Positions 28,977 to 38,958 of a stretch of DNA of 64,000 bases are shown here, one piece after another. The position numbers and the translations under genes are program-made. Origin of the DNA: Candidatus Cloacimonadales bacterium (GTDB lineage Bacteria; Cloacimonadota; Cloacimonadia; Cloacimonadales; JAFGVF01); contig OY762964.1 in the NCBI GenBank assembly GCA_963667035.1, forward strand, positions 224,001-288,000. The letters run 5' to 3'. The notes below the pieces were generated by a model, which made no database searches, was not told where the DNA came from, and saw nothing but the letters and a program-made list of their open reading frames with translations. The stretch's first letter is position 1. The number at the start of each line of letters is the position of its first letter.

Positions 28977-31268
28977 ATGAAGAAGACCCTGACCATAATA
29001 ATGTTAATGATTCTTACTTTTGCTTTATTTGCAGAGGTACAGAAACCTGGAAGAATGCAGAAGACATTCGACCAAGACGGAAGTTTACCCGGGAAAATAA
29101 CGGGTACTATGACAAATATGTCCAGAAGTGACCGCTCATTAAGCTGGGAGAGTAATTACACACTACAGAACTTACTCAATCCTAATTACTATGACTACAT
29201 GCCGGGAGGATATTCTAATACACCAATTAGATTACAGCCAGGTGGAGACTTTGGTGATGGATTGTTTCTTACTTATATGGGGAAACCTACCGGTACAGGT
29301 CATAGACGTGTTTACTATGCATATGTAGGCTCAGATGGAGTTGTTGAGCATAACGATTTATTCACATCTGTTGATGCTCGGGAAGGATATTCAAGTATGG
29401 ATATTGATAAATGGGGAAAAATGATGATGGCTTGGCATGTTGATCCAGATGGAGATGAAGTTTATGATATAAAGATGGGTTGGGACCCTTATTTTGCAGG
29501 TATCCCCGGAATCCCTTCAGATGCATATAATGCTATTGTAAATGAAATCACTATGAATGGATTTGACGATAATGAATTTATATGGCCATCTACTCAGGTT
29601 GGTCCTTCACCACTTGGTGACGATTATCAAAGAGTCTATATTCTTGGAAGAAACTCAACTTCACATTCTGTCCTCAGTGAAGAGACTGGAAATCCTTCGC
29701 CTGTAGAAAATCCATATATTGCATATGCAGATTATCAAGCAGACGATGTAGATTTCGGTCTTGAGTTAACTTGGAGTTATTTATCTATTCCAACAATTGA
29801 TGCTTGGAATGTTGATACTAATGAATGGCGTCGTCCTTTCTTTAGTTTTATTGTTGGTGAAGGTGTTAACGCAGGAAAAGTCATATATATGGGTTACCAT
29901 GTAGGTGATATAGCTGATGACGAAATGAACTATGATGTATTTGTTCATGAAGATTATTGTAATCCTACAAGTGATTGGATTCATAACTCTTTTGATCTTT
30001 CATATCCGGTAGATAATCCAGCAAATGCTGATGGTTCTTTATATTTTGTAGACCAAAACAATGGCAATGCCCCACTTACAAATATGGATTATACTATTAC
30101 TAGCAATGGACATTTCACACTTGGATGGGATTTGGATGGTAATTTACATATGCCGTCAACTTTTGCTTTAACCGGCGATGCTGCTGATGGTAAGAATTAT
30201 TATTATCCTTCATTACATATACTTAAAGATGTTGTTTATAATGTAGCAGAAAATGAGTTATACTTGGAAGATGTATTCCCTAAAACTTCAGATAATGAAC
30301 ATTTTGTGCATTGGGATTTAGATAATGATGGTAATGTTGACCAATACTGGGATGATGGAACTTATGATAACATTGATGATGATGTAGCTCCAGATGAAGA
30401 AGGTTACGGCAACATCAAAATGGATTCTATATTCCCATTCCCTCATTATGATGAGGATTCTCATGATGAAGCAATGATATTCCATTTAGCTCATACTAAG
30501 ATAACTAATGCTAATGAAGATGGAGTTATGGCTATGGTTTGGCATGACTCTACTCCGGCAAAGGATTTCCATAAGAGTAATTTGACTTATTGGGAACCAT
30601 ATCAGAATACTAATGAAATCTATATCTCATTATCTACAGATAATGGTGCAACATGGCAGACTCCAATTGCCTTTAGTGGTGTATCTGTTGCTGATGATTT
30701 CTGGCAAGACGAGTCAGGAGAAGACTTAGGCTTTGGTGTTGAGCATGCATATATTGCTGATTGGTCAGACATGATACCAATGTTTGCTTATCCAGCGGAA
30801 GAACTTATACACATTGGATCAGGTGGTAATGGTAGCGAAACTTACCGTTTGTTCTTCTATTTTCATGATGACGATGCATGGGGTTGCTCTACACAAGAAG
30901 AAGGTCAACCTGGACCTGGAAAATTAGTTTTCACAGCTCTTGACTTCACTGTTAATCCTACTAGCAATGAAGGTGCTACTGCAACACTATCAAATTCAAT
31001 GCTTAAAGGAAATTATCCAAATCCATTTAATCCAACAACTAAGATTGCTTATACTTCAGCATTTACCGGAAATGTAAACATTAGCGTTTACAATATTAAG
31101 GGACAGCTTGTTAAGACACTTGTTAACGAACATCAAGTTGCAGGCAACCATGATGTAGTTTGGAATGGTGACGATAACAATGGAAAGCAAACCACAAGTG
31201 GAGTCTATTTCTATAAGATAACAAATGGAAACAGAACAGAAACAAAGAAAATGTTAATGGTTAAATAA
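28977..31268 (+). CDS. Secreted acidic protein with Asp-box and FlgD-Ig/T9SS type-A-like CTD
   Basis: Signal peptide; STDNGATW Asp-box; NYPNPFNPTT...YNIKGQLV...WNG...SGVYFY...KMLMVK. Confidence 0.83.
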   Translation: MKKTLTIIMLMILTFALFAEVQKPGRMQKTFDQDGSLPGKITGTMTNMSRSDRSLSWESNYTLQNLLNPNYYDYMPGGYSNTPIRLQPGGDFGDGLFLTYMGKPTGTGHRRVYYAYVGSDGVVEHNDLFTSVDAREGYSSMDIDKWGKMMMAWHVDPDGDEVYDIKMGWDPYFAGIPGIPSDAYNAIVNEITMNGFDDNEFIWPSTQVGPSPLGDDYQRVYILGRNSTSHSVLSEETGNPSPVENPYIAYADYQADDVDFGLELTWSYLSIPTIDAWNVDTNEWRRPFFSFIVGEGVNAGKVIYMGYHVGDIADDEMNYDVFVHEDYCNPTSDWIHNSFDLSYPVDNPANADGSLYFVDQNNGNAPLTNMDYTITSNGHFTLGWDLDGNLHMPSTFALTGDAADGKNYYYPSLHILKDVVYNVAENELYLEDVFPKTSDNEHFVHWDLDNDGNVDQYWDDGTYDNIDDDVAPDEEGYGNIKMDSIFPFPHYDEDSHDEAMIFHLAHTKITNANEDGVMAMVWHDSTPAKDFHKSNLTYWEPYQNTNEIYISLSTDNGATWQTPIAFSGVSVADDFWQDESGEDLGFGVEHAYIADWSDMIPMFAYPAEELIHIGSGGNGSETYRLFFYFHDDDAWGCSTQEEGQPGPGKLVFTALDFTVNPTSNEGATATLSNSMLKGNYPNPFNPTTKIAYTSAFTGNVNISVYNIKGQLVKTLVNEHQVAGNHDVVWNGDDNNGKQTTSGVYFYKITNGNRTETKKMLMVK

Positions 31269-31287
31269 AATAACTATTAAAGTATAT

Positions 31288-31319
31288 AAAACCCAGCCGA
31301 TTACGGTTGGGTTTTTTTT
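31288..31319 (+). terminator. Rho-independent terminator of the TonB operon
   Basis: AAAACCCAGCCG-ATTA-CGGTTGGGTTTTTTTT. Confidence 0.88.
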
Positions 31320-31481
31320 ATTGAATTTCATTATCAAGAAAAAATGAATCATATGAGATAAAAAAAAAGAAAAAGTGCTTGTCAAAAATAATGAATCTTC
31401 AGTTAGTATGATTAGTTAAAAAAGAAGAACTAACCTTATTACTATATAAGTGGTTATTGCATAAACAAGGATAAATTGGTA

Positions 31482-32048
31482 ATGAATATTATTAGACAGA
31501 AAACAGGCTGGATTGAAGTAATATGCGGTAGCATGTTTTCAGGGAAGACAGAAGAACTAATCAGAAGAATAAGAAGAGCTGAGTATGCAAAGCAAAGGAT
31601 TTTAGTATTTAAACCTCTTATAGATAATCGTTATTCAGATAATCAGATTGTTTCTCACACAAAGATGTCAGCCAGAAGTATTAATATTGAGAATGCTGAA
31701 GAGATCTATTTACACTTGGACAGTGCTCCTCATATTGTGGCTATTGATGAAGCACAATTCTTTTCTGATTCGATTGTTGAAGTTGCCAATGATTTGGCAG
31801 ATAAAGGTATTCGAGTAATAATAGCGGGTCTTGATCAGGATTACATGGGTAAACCATTTGGACCTATGCCAAAATTGTTAGCAGTTGCCGAGTACATTAC
31901 AAAGAATTTAGCTATTTGTTTGAAATGTGGTAATCCAGCTAACAGAACTCAAAGATTGACTAAAGATTCAGATACTATTCTAGTAGGTGCTAATGAATTA
32001 TATGAAGCTCGATGTAGAAATTGTCATGAAGTGCCAAACGAGGATTGA
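31482..32048 (+). CDS. tdk: Thymidine kinase
   Basis: ICGSMFSGKTEELIRR, IDEAQFF, AGLD, YEARCR.C. Confidence 0.96.
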   Translation: MNIIRQKTGWIEVICGSMFSGKTEELIRRIRRAEYAKQRILVFKPLIDNRYSDNQIVSHTKMSARSINIENAEEIYLHLDSAPHIVAIDEAQFFSDSIVEVANDLADKGIRVIIAGLDQDYMGKPFGPMPKLLAVAEYITKNLAICLKCGNPANRTQRLTKDSDTILVGANELYEARCRNCHEVPNED

Positions 32049-32296
32049 TTGTGATAGGATTGCTTAATTTTGCATTAGAGTTGTATCAGTTAGTTATAAT
32101 ACTTAGAGTTATAGTGTCTTGGATAATAAGTAATCCATATAACAATTTCTATCAACTTTTAATTAGAGCAACTGAACCTGTATTAAGGCCAATAAGAAGT
32201 ATGTTACCTAAAAGTAATTATGACTTTTCACCAATTATTGCAATATTTCTGTTAAGTTTAATTCAGAGATTTGTTTTAAGACAGCTATATTTTTAA
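32045..32296 (+). CDS. YggT family membrane protein
   Basis: RVIVSW...TEPVLRPIR...DFSPI. Confidence 0.9.
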   Translation: MIVIGLLNFALELYQLVIILRVIVSWIISNPYNNFYQLLIRATEPVLRPIRSMLPKSNYDFSPIIAIFLLSLIQRFVLRQLYF

Positions 32297-32306
32297 TGGG
32301 GGATGC

Positions 32307-32915
32307 ATGACTTTAAAACCGGAAGATATAAAGTACAAAGAATTTAAAACATCTATTGCCGGGTACAACAAAGATGAAGTAAGAGCTTATCTAGAAGAAA
32401 TAGCTCATGATATAAGAGATCAGATAAGCGATTGGGGTAAGAAAAATGATGAAGTAGCATTACAACATAAAGTTACTAAACAAGAAGTTGTTAATGCAAC
32501 TGCAACTGTTAGTGATTTAAAGAAGAGAGAGCAATTAATCACTAGAACGCTAGTTTTAGCAGAGAAGACAAAGGCAGAAATTGTTGATAATGCAAGAAAA
32601 GAAGCTGAATTAATAATAAAAGAAGCCCAGATAAAAGCCCAGAATGCTATACAACAAGCCAGACAATACTTAAATGTTTATGAGCATCAGTTTGTAGCTT
32701 TGAAAGAACAAAAGAGACAGTTTTTAATGAAAATGAAAGCAGAGCTTAACACATTTGTTCATCAAATAGAGAATGATCCCTTGCTTAATAGGAAAGCAGA
32801 GCAAGTAATGGATAAAGAGTTTAAGTCTATACAGGGTTATACTGCTCAGCAGACTACAAAACAAACTCATAGAAATACAGCTAACACAACCCAACAGAAT
32901 AATGAGAAGAAATGA
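32307..32915 (+). CDS. DivIVA domain protein
   Basis: L.PEDI..KEF...GYNKDEVRAYL followed by coiled coil. Confidence 0.88.
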   Translation: MTLKPEDIKYKEFKTSIAGYNKDEVRAYLEEIAHDIRDQISDWGKKNDEVALQHKVTKQEVVNATATVSDLKKREQLITRTLVLAEKTKAEIVDNARKEAELIIKEAQIKAQNAIQQARQYLNVYEHQFVALKEQKRQFLMKMKAELNTFVHQIENDPLLNRKAEQVMDKEFKSIQGYTAQQTTKQTHRNTANTTQQNNEKK

Positions 32916-33739
32916 GTTATAAAGAAACAATAGATTATTTGTATCAACAGGGGATTGAAGTTCCGGAAATAGTTATAGTCCTTGGAAGTGGTTTGTCTAC
33001 TTTTGCAGAACTGATTGAAGATAAACTGATTATTCCATATTCTAGTATTCCCGGATTCGTTGATTCAACTGTACAAGGTCATGAAGGTAACCTTATATTT
33101 GGTAAAATCTCCGGTGCTAATGTTGTCTGTCAACAAGGAAGATTTCATTATTATGAGGGCTGGTCGATGGAACAAATTATATATCCAATAAGAGTTTTTG
33201 CAAAACTTGGTGCTAAGTACTATTTCGCTACAAACGCAGCAGGAAGTCTTAACTCATCAATGATCCCTGGTCAATTAGTATTACTGAAAGATCATATCAA
33301 TTTTATGGGAGCAAACCCATTGAGAGGTGAGAATAAGAGCGAGTTTGGTGTCAGATTTCCTTCCATGCATAACGCTTATGATAGTAAACTTAGATCGATA
33401 GCACTGGAAGTAGCAAACTCTCATGATATAGATTTAAAGGAAGGAGTTTATATTGCCGTTTCAGGTCCATCATTTGAAACAAAAGCTGAATGTAAAATGC
33501 TAGCAGATTGGGGAGCAGATGTTGTAGGAATGTCAACTGTTCCTGAAGTCATAGCTTCTGTTCATAGTGGATTAAGAGTTCTATGTTGCTCAGTTGTAAC
33601 AAATATGACTAATATTTTCCATTCAGAAGCTCACTCACATGAGGATGTACAAAAGGCTGCTGAATTAGCAAAGGATAATCTACAAAAACTAATATCACAA
33701 GTTATCTATAGACTTAATAATGTCAAAAAGGGGATATGA
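32912..33739 (+). CDS. Purine-nucleoside phosphorylase (trimeric type)
   Basis: VLGSGL, QGRFHYYEG, TNAAGSLN, GPSFET, VGMSTVPE. Confidence 0.94.
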   Translation: MSYKETIDYLYQQGIEVPEIVIVLGSGLSTFAELIEDKLIIPYSSIPGFVDSTVQGHEGNLIFGKISGANVVCQQGRFHYYEGWSMEQIIYPIRVFAKLGAKYYFATNAAGSLNSSMIPGQLVLLKDHINFMGANPLRGENKSEFGVRFPSMHNAYDSKLRSIALEVANSHDIDLKEGVYIAVSGPSFETKAECKMLADWGADVVGMSTVPEVIASVHSGLRVLCCSVVTNMTNIFHSEAHSHEDVQKAAELAKDNLQKLISQVIYRLNNVKKGI

Positions 33740-34134
33740 TGAGTGAAAAAAGATATTCAAAAGAAAAACTTGATGAGTTCAAGGAAATAATTCTTAAAGA
33801 AAAAGCTGAAAGTAGAAGATTTATTGATTCTGTACATGAAGAACAAAAAAAGAGTTCAAAGGAAAGCTCCGGAGATCTTTCAAGTTATTCTTTTCATCAA
33901 GCTGATCAAGGCTCTGATACTAACAGTTTAGAGAAAAAAATGTATCTTTACGACTCTGAACAAAAGAAGATAAAACTTCTGAATGTTGCCTTGGAGAAGA
34001 TTTATGATGGTATATACGGAGTTTGCGAGATATGTGGAGAATTGATATCCGAATCTAGATTGAAAGCAATTCCATTTGCAAGATTTTGCATAGAATGTAA
34101 ATCTAAAGAAGAGAGTAAGAATAGCAGGAGATAA
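33736..34134 (+). CDS. TraR/DksA C4 zinc-finger protein
   Basis: HQADQGSD; YGVCEICGELI...RL.AIP.ARFCIEC. Confidence 0.92.
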   Translation: MMSEKRYSKEKLDEFKEIILKEKAESRRFIDSVHEEQKKSSKESSGDLSSYSFHQADQGSDTNSLEKKMYLYDSEQKKIKLLNVALEKIYDGIYGVCEICGELISESRLKAIPFARFCIECKSKEESKNSRR

Positions 34135-34634
34135 TGAAGTATAAATACTTATGGCTCTTGATATCCGGTTTAATAGTTGTTTTTGACCAGATTACTAAAT
34201 TTCTGATAAGGTCTAGATTTGAATTATACAGTTCTATTCAGATAATTGGTGATCTGGTAAGATTTACATATGTCAGAAACACAGGTGCTGCCTTTAGTTT
34301 ATCTTTTGGTAATCCAATGGTCAATCGTATTATCTTTATTGTTATTACAATAATTGCTCTTATAGTTCTTCTTTTTTATCTTAGAAAAACCAAAAACTCT
34401 TTGGAAAGTGCCATAGTATCTCTTATTATAGGAGGAGCTATTGGGAATCTAATAGATAGAATTATGTTGGGGTATGTTACGGATTTTATTGACTGCGATT
34501 TCCCGGATTTTATAATGACAAGGTTTCCAGTTTTTAATGTTGCAGATAGCTCAATAACTATTGCAATAACTTTACTAATAATTTATATATTATTCTTTGA
34601 CAAGAATGTGAAAATAGAGGACAAGAAACAATAG
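34134..34634 (+). CDS. lspA: Lipoprotein signal peptidase II
   Basis: DQITK, NTGAAFS, GGAIGNLIDR, VTDFID, FNVADS. Confidence 0.96.
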   Translation: MKYKYLWLLISGLIVVFDQITKFLIRSRFELYSSIQIIGDLVRFTYVRNTGAAFSLSFGNPMVNRIIFIVITIIALIVLLFYLRKTKNSLESAIVSLIIGGAIGNLIDRIMLGYVTDFIDCDFPDFIMTRFPVFNVADSSITIAITLLIIYILFFDKNVKIEDKKQ

Positions 34635-34653
34635 ACTAAATTTTGAGGCGAAT

Positions 34654-36045
34654 ATGAAACTAAAAAAGATATTATTTATGTTGTTACTTCTTGCATCGGC
34701 AATGCTCTTTGCTGAAGTATTGTCTGTATATGATATTCAATATACTGAAGAGTCAAACGGGAATTCTCCATACTCAGGACAAACTGATATTACCGTAGGG
34801 GGAATTGTTACTGCGAACGGATATTCCGGAGACAAATTCTTCCTTTCAGATAGGTCTGGTGGACCCTGGAGCGGAATATATGTATATGATTATAATATTC
34901 AACCTGAGATTGGTGATTCTGTTCAAGTAACTGGACAAGTACAAGAGTATAATAACTTAACAGAGATGAGTTATGTGTCCGGTTCAACTATAACTGTTGG
35001 AAATCCGGTGCCTGAACCTTCTCTCATAACTTGTGCAGATTTAACAGGAGCAAGTGCTGAACAGTGGGAAGGAGTTCTTGTTACAATTAAGAATGCTACT
35101 TGTTCCAGTATAATTGATAATTACGGTGAATTCAGAATATCAGATAGTAGCGGAGTCTCAATATATGTATCGGATGGAATCATATCTCATCAAGCATTGA
35201 ATCCTGAAGTGGGAGAGGCATTTTTATCAATTACTGGGGTAGTTGATTATGCTTTTGGAAATTTCAAGATTGTTCCAAGAAGCAATTCTGATATTCAACA
35301 ACCAAGCATTAATATTCCGGAAATAAGCGTGGATAGTAGAAAAGATTTTATGATTCCCATTAGAACTTATGCAATTGATGTCTCTGAGGATATTACATCT
35401 TATGAGTTTCATCTTTCATATGATTCGGACATCATCTCAATATATGATACTAGTTTAGATGAGTCAGTCACAGATGATTTTAATGGGGAAGTTACTCTTG
35501 AAAATGAAGAAGATAACAAAGTCAAAGTTACCTGTAGTTTCCAGAATGAGATTTTTGTGGATGACGATAATAGTCTTTTAATTTCACTTAAAGCAAAGCC
35601 TGTCGGTTATGGATCTTCCGAATTAGTATTTGATTCATTCTTGTATAATACTGATCCTGCCTTGCTTATTACTAATTCTTTTGTAAATATACCTTATGAA
35701 GAATCTAAACCTTATTTACAAATTTACACTGATGATAGTGATAAGAACATTTTTAATCCTCATCTTTCATCAATAAATATTGACTATGGCTCAAGTGTTG
35801 ACCGTTATACTGGATTCAAAGTTATTCTGAGTATATATAATTCTAAGGGGCAACTAGAGAATACACTATTTAACGGTCATTTGGTAAGCTCATTTGGCGT
35901 AGACAGTTTCTCATGGGATGGTAAAGATAGAGAACATAGAATGTTACCTCCGGGAATGTATATATGCCATTTAGAGATTATAAACTTAGAATCCGGTAAG
36001 AAACGAACAAAAACTCAGCCAATAGTTATATCAACAGAGTTATAG
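34654..36045 (+). CDS. Secreted protein: two OB-fold-like domains, cohesin-like domain, variant FlgD-like CTD
   Basis: Signal peptide; DIQ...SPYSGQ...V.GIVTA, GIYVY...GD.V.V.G.V.EY, EQWEGVLV; S..F.LSYD..I cohesin-like segment; IYNSKGQ...WDGKD...PGMY. Confidence 0.7.
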   Translation: MKLKKILFMLLLLASAMLFAEVLSVYDIQYTEESNGNSPYSGQTDITVGGIVTANGYSGDKFFLSDRSGGPWSGIYVYDYNIQPEIGDSVQVTGQVQEYNNLTEMSYVSGSTITVGNPVPEPSLITCADLTGASAEQWEGVLVTIKNATCSSIIDNYGEFRISDSSGVSIYVSDGIISHQALNPEVGEAFLSITGVVDYAFGNFKIVPRSNSDIQQPSINIPEISVDSRKDFMIPIRTYAIDVSEDITSYEFHLSYDSDIISIYDTSLDESVTDDFNGEVTLENEEDNKVKVTCSFQNEIFVDDDNSLLISLKAKPVGYGSSELVFDSFLYNTDPALLITNSFVNIPYEESKPYLQIYTDDSDKNIFNPHLSSINIDYGSSVDRYTGFKVILSIYNSKGQLENTLFNGHLVSSFGVDSFSWDGKDREHRMLPPGMYICHLEIINLESGKKRTKTQPIVISTEL

Positions 36046-36053
36046 GAGTAGAG

Positions 36054-36896
36054 ATGAAAAAGATTGTTATTGTATTATTAATTGCTGTTTCCCTTCTATC
36101 ACTCAATGCAGTTTTTGATGATTATGGCTCTTCTGCACGAGCTCGTGGTATGGGTGGAGCTTTTTACTCAGTCTCAAATGATGCGTCAGCAGTTTTCTAT
36201 AATCCTGCAGGTCTTGTTTATGCAGGGAATAATGTTATTGTAGGTTATACTGATTTGTGGAGTACAGGGTATAACAGTTTGATTAATGGAGCTGTCTCCT
36301 ACAATCTTGGTAAAGCCGGAACAATAGGACTTGGGTATCAGTTCTTTGACGTATCATACGAAGATGTGACTCTTCAGTCAGAGAAAACAGTTGGTATTTT
36401 TCACGGTTTCACTGTTATGAAAGATATACATACTGAGTTAACTATGGGTTATGGTGTAAATCTATATAATATTGAATTTTATGATCAGAATGATTCACAA
36501 ACAGCTTTTGGTATTAACATTGGAGCTTTAGCTACTGTTAGACAGAGAACTAGATTAGCTTTCTCTGTTACTAATGTTAATAATCCAAAGATTGGTAAAG
36601 ATTATGAAAGTGATCTTCCCCAAGTTTTTGTAATTGGTCTTTCTCATGTACCATATGAAAAAGTTACTACCTCTATTGAGTTAAAGCAAGAGTTTGGTGA
36701 AGAAACTCAAGTAATGGGTGGACTGGAGATTTCTCCTCATGATATGGTTACTCTTAGAGGTGGTGTACATAATAAACCTAATGTAATTAGCTTTGGTGTG
36801 GGCTTTAATGTAAACAACATGTTAGTTGATTACGGTTATAACTCACATTCAAATCTTGATGGCATACATCAAGTTGCAATTGGTTATAAGTTTTAA
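36054..36896 (+). CDS. PorV/PorQ- or PorP/SprF-like outer-membrane beta-barrel
   Basis: SARARGMGGAF...DASAVFYNPAGL; ends IGYKF. Confidence 0.8.
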   Translation: MKKIVIVLLIAVSLLSLNAVFDDYGSSARARGMGGAFYSVSNDASAVFYNPAGLVYAGNNVIVGYTDLWSTGYNSLINGAVSYNLGKAGTIGLGYQFFDVSYEDVTLQSEKTVGIFHGFTVMKDIHTELTMGYGVNLYNIEFYDQNDSQTAFGINIGALATVRQRTRLAFSVTNVNNPKIGKDYESDLPQVFVIGLSHVPYEKVTTSIELKQEFGEETQVMGGLEISPHDMVTLRGGVHNKPNVISFGVGFNVNNMLVDYGYNSHSNLDGIHQVAIGYKF

Positions 36897-36907
36897 CGGA
36901 GGAACAC

Positions 36908-37195
36908 ATGGCTAAGAATAAAGAAAAGCATTCAATGTTACCTGCTTTTCTAACCATCTTTAGCAGTTTTATAAGTCCTTGGATACGTGACTTCAACCAT
37001 AATAGTAAGATTAAGAAGTTTGACAAAACTGCAGAGAGGGTTGAAGTTTGTGAAAACTTGCTTGTAAAAGCTGAAAAGAAACAAAATGAGTTAAGAAAGA
37101 TGATTGAAGACCTAAAGACCAGACTTTTTATCAGCTGGGGTGTTCAAGCCATTCTATTGTTACTTATTTTACTCAGAGTTTTCAACGTTATTTAA
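36908..37195 (+). CDS. Hypothetical coiled-coil membrane protein
   Basis: RBS GGAGG; coiled coil plus C-terminal TM. Confidence 0.7.
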   Translation: MAKNKEKHSMLPAFLTIFSSFISPWIRDFNHNSKIKKFDKTAERVEVCENLLVKAEKKQNELRKMIEDLKTRLFISWGVQAILLLLILLRVFNVI

Positions 37196-37276
37196 GAATA
37201 TCTTTTAGTTGTTTAATCAGCAAGAACTTCTTAGTTCTTGCTGAACTTTTATGAACATATAGAAAATGAGGTAATT

Positions 37277-37870
37277 ATGAAAAAGAGTTTAATAATTCTA
37301 TTAGTGATAATAGGAATAATAGTTTTAGGAATACTTGGTTTTATTGGACGCTATAATTCGATGGTAAAGGCTAAGGTTCAAGTTGATAATATGTGGTCAC
37401 AGGTAGAGAATCAATACCAGCGTCGCTATGATTTAATTCCTAATTTAGTTGAAACAGTTAAAGGTTATGCTTCTCATGAAAAGGAAACATTACAAGCTGT
37501 TACGGAAGCTAGAGCAAAAATGGGTGGAACTATAGATGCCGGTAATGTTATTAATGATCCTCAGGCATTTGCAAAATTCCAACAAATGCAAGCCGGGTTA
37601 AGTGGAGCTTTACAACGTCTTATGGTTGTAGCTGAGCGTTATCCGGATCTAAAGGCTAATCAGAATTTCTTAGCATTACAGAGTCAACTTGAAGGAACTG
37701 AGAATAGAATTGCTGTTGCCAGAAGAGATTTCAATGAGTCTGCTAATCGTTTTAATCAAATGATTATTACATTCCCTAATAATGTTCTGGCAGGAATGTT
37801 CAATATAACTAAGGTAGAATTCTTCAAAGCAACCGCTCAAGCTCAAGAAGCTCCTAAAGTAAAATTTTAA
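37277..37870 (+). CDS. lemA: LemA family protein
   Basis: WSQVENQYQRRYDLIPNLV..VKGYA.HE; YPDLKANQNF..LQ.QLEGTENRI. Confidence 0.95.
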   Translation: MKKSLIILLVIIGIIVLGILGFIGRYNSMVKAKVQVDNMWSQVENQYQRRYDLIPNLVETVKGYASHEKETLQAVTEARAKMGGTIDAGNVINDPQAFAKFQQMQAGLSGALQRLMVVAERYPDLKANQNFLALQSQLEGTENRIAVARRDFNESANRFNQMIITFPNNVLAGMFNITKVEFFKATAQAQEAPKVKF

Positions 37871-37877
37871 TAAGCAA

Positions 37878-37904
37878 TACCCCATAAGAATTTCTTATGG
37901 GGTA
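37878..37904. repeat. Perfect 13-bp inverted repeat (terminator or RNA-processing hairpin)
   Basis: TACCCCATAAGAA-T-TTCTTATGGGGTA; no clear T-tract. Confidence 0.7.
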
Positions 37905-37917
37905 ATCTATTTAAAGT

Positions 37918-38958
37918 ATGATTTCACAAGAGTTCATTAACAGGCATCTTAACAATAGAACTATTCTTTCATATTTACTATCTCCATTTTCAGTAATCTA
38001 TAGTCATATCTTACTATTACGAAGGCTTATCCTCAAAAGGCAAAGTTGGAAAGCATCTGTTAAGGTTTTGAGTGTAGGTAATATAGTTAGTGGGGGAACC
38101 GGTAAGACTCCATATACAATTTATCTAGCTCACTTACTCACTTCGAGAGGCTATAAGGTCGCTGTTTCTCATAGAGATTATAAGGGAGGTTTTGAACATG
38201 ATACTTCCGTTATATCCAACGATAAGGGCCTATATCCTATAGCTAATAATGCTTGTGATGAAGCTCTACTGATAGCTGAATCCCTTCCCGGAATAGCCGT
38301 AGCTGCCGGTAAGGATAGAAAGAAAGCAATAAGACTTCTTTTGCAAGAAAATCCTAAACTTGATTTTGTTATTCTTGATGATTCATTCCAGAATCTAAAA
38401 GTTTATCATGACATAGATTTTATCCTGTTCAAGACTCCTTCTCCTATTGGCAACGGGTTTGTAATACCGGCGGGTAAGCTGAGAGAATCATTAAAAGCTG
38501 TTAAATATGCAGATGTTTTAGTTGTTACCGGGGATAGTGAAATTCCCATTGAAATCTCAAGAAGTAAGAAGCCAATTCTAAAAGGACAGCACAGGTTAGC
38601 CGGAATCTATGATGCAACCGGGAAGACTATCAAATCAGAAGTTCTAATGGATTGTAAGATAGCTCTTATTTCCGGACTAGGAAATCCATTGAGTTTCGAA
38701 AAATCAGTTAAGGATAGTGGCATTGTTTTTGCTAAACATTTTATTTATCCCGATCACTATGGCTATAATGATAAGCAAGACATGGAACAGATAAACAGTT
38801 ACATAATTTCAAACAAAATTGACTATCTTCTTACTACCGAGAAGGACTTCGTTAAGCTTAAAAAATACTCCAAGTTACCATTGGCAGTTTTAAAAATCAA
38901 GTTTACTCCCTCAAATCCTGAGATTCTTTCAAGTGTCATCTCTAAGATTATAGATTAA
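37918..38958 (+). CDS. lpxK: Tetraacyldisaccharide 4'-kinase
   Basis: SVGNIVSGGTGKTP, LDDSFQ, PAGKLRE, YPDHY, TTEKD. Confidence 0.93.
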   Translation: MISQEFINRHLNNRTILSYLLSPFSVIYSHILLLRRLILKRQSWKASVKVLSVGNIVSGGTGKTPYTIYLAHLLTSRGYKVAVSHRDYKGGFEHDTSVISNDKGLYPIANNACDEALLIAESLPGIAVAAGKDRKKAIRLLLQENPKLDFVILDDSFQNLKVYHDIDFILFKTPSPIGNGFVIPAGKLRESLKAVKYADVLVVTGDSEIPIEISRSKKPILKGQHRLAGIYDATGKTIKSEVLMDCKIALISGLGNPLSFEKSVKDSGIVFAKHFIYPDHYGYNDKQDMEQINSYIISNKIDYLLTTEKDFVKLKKYSKLPLAVLKIKFTPSNPEILSSVISKIID

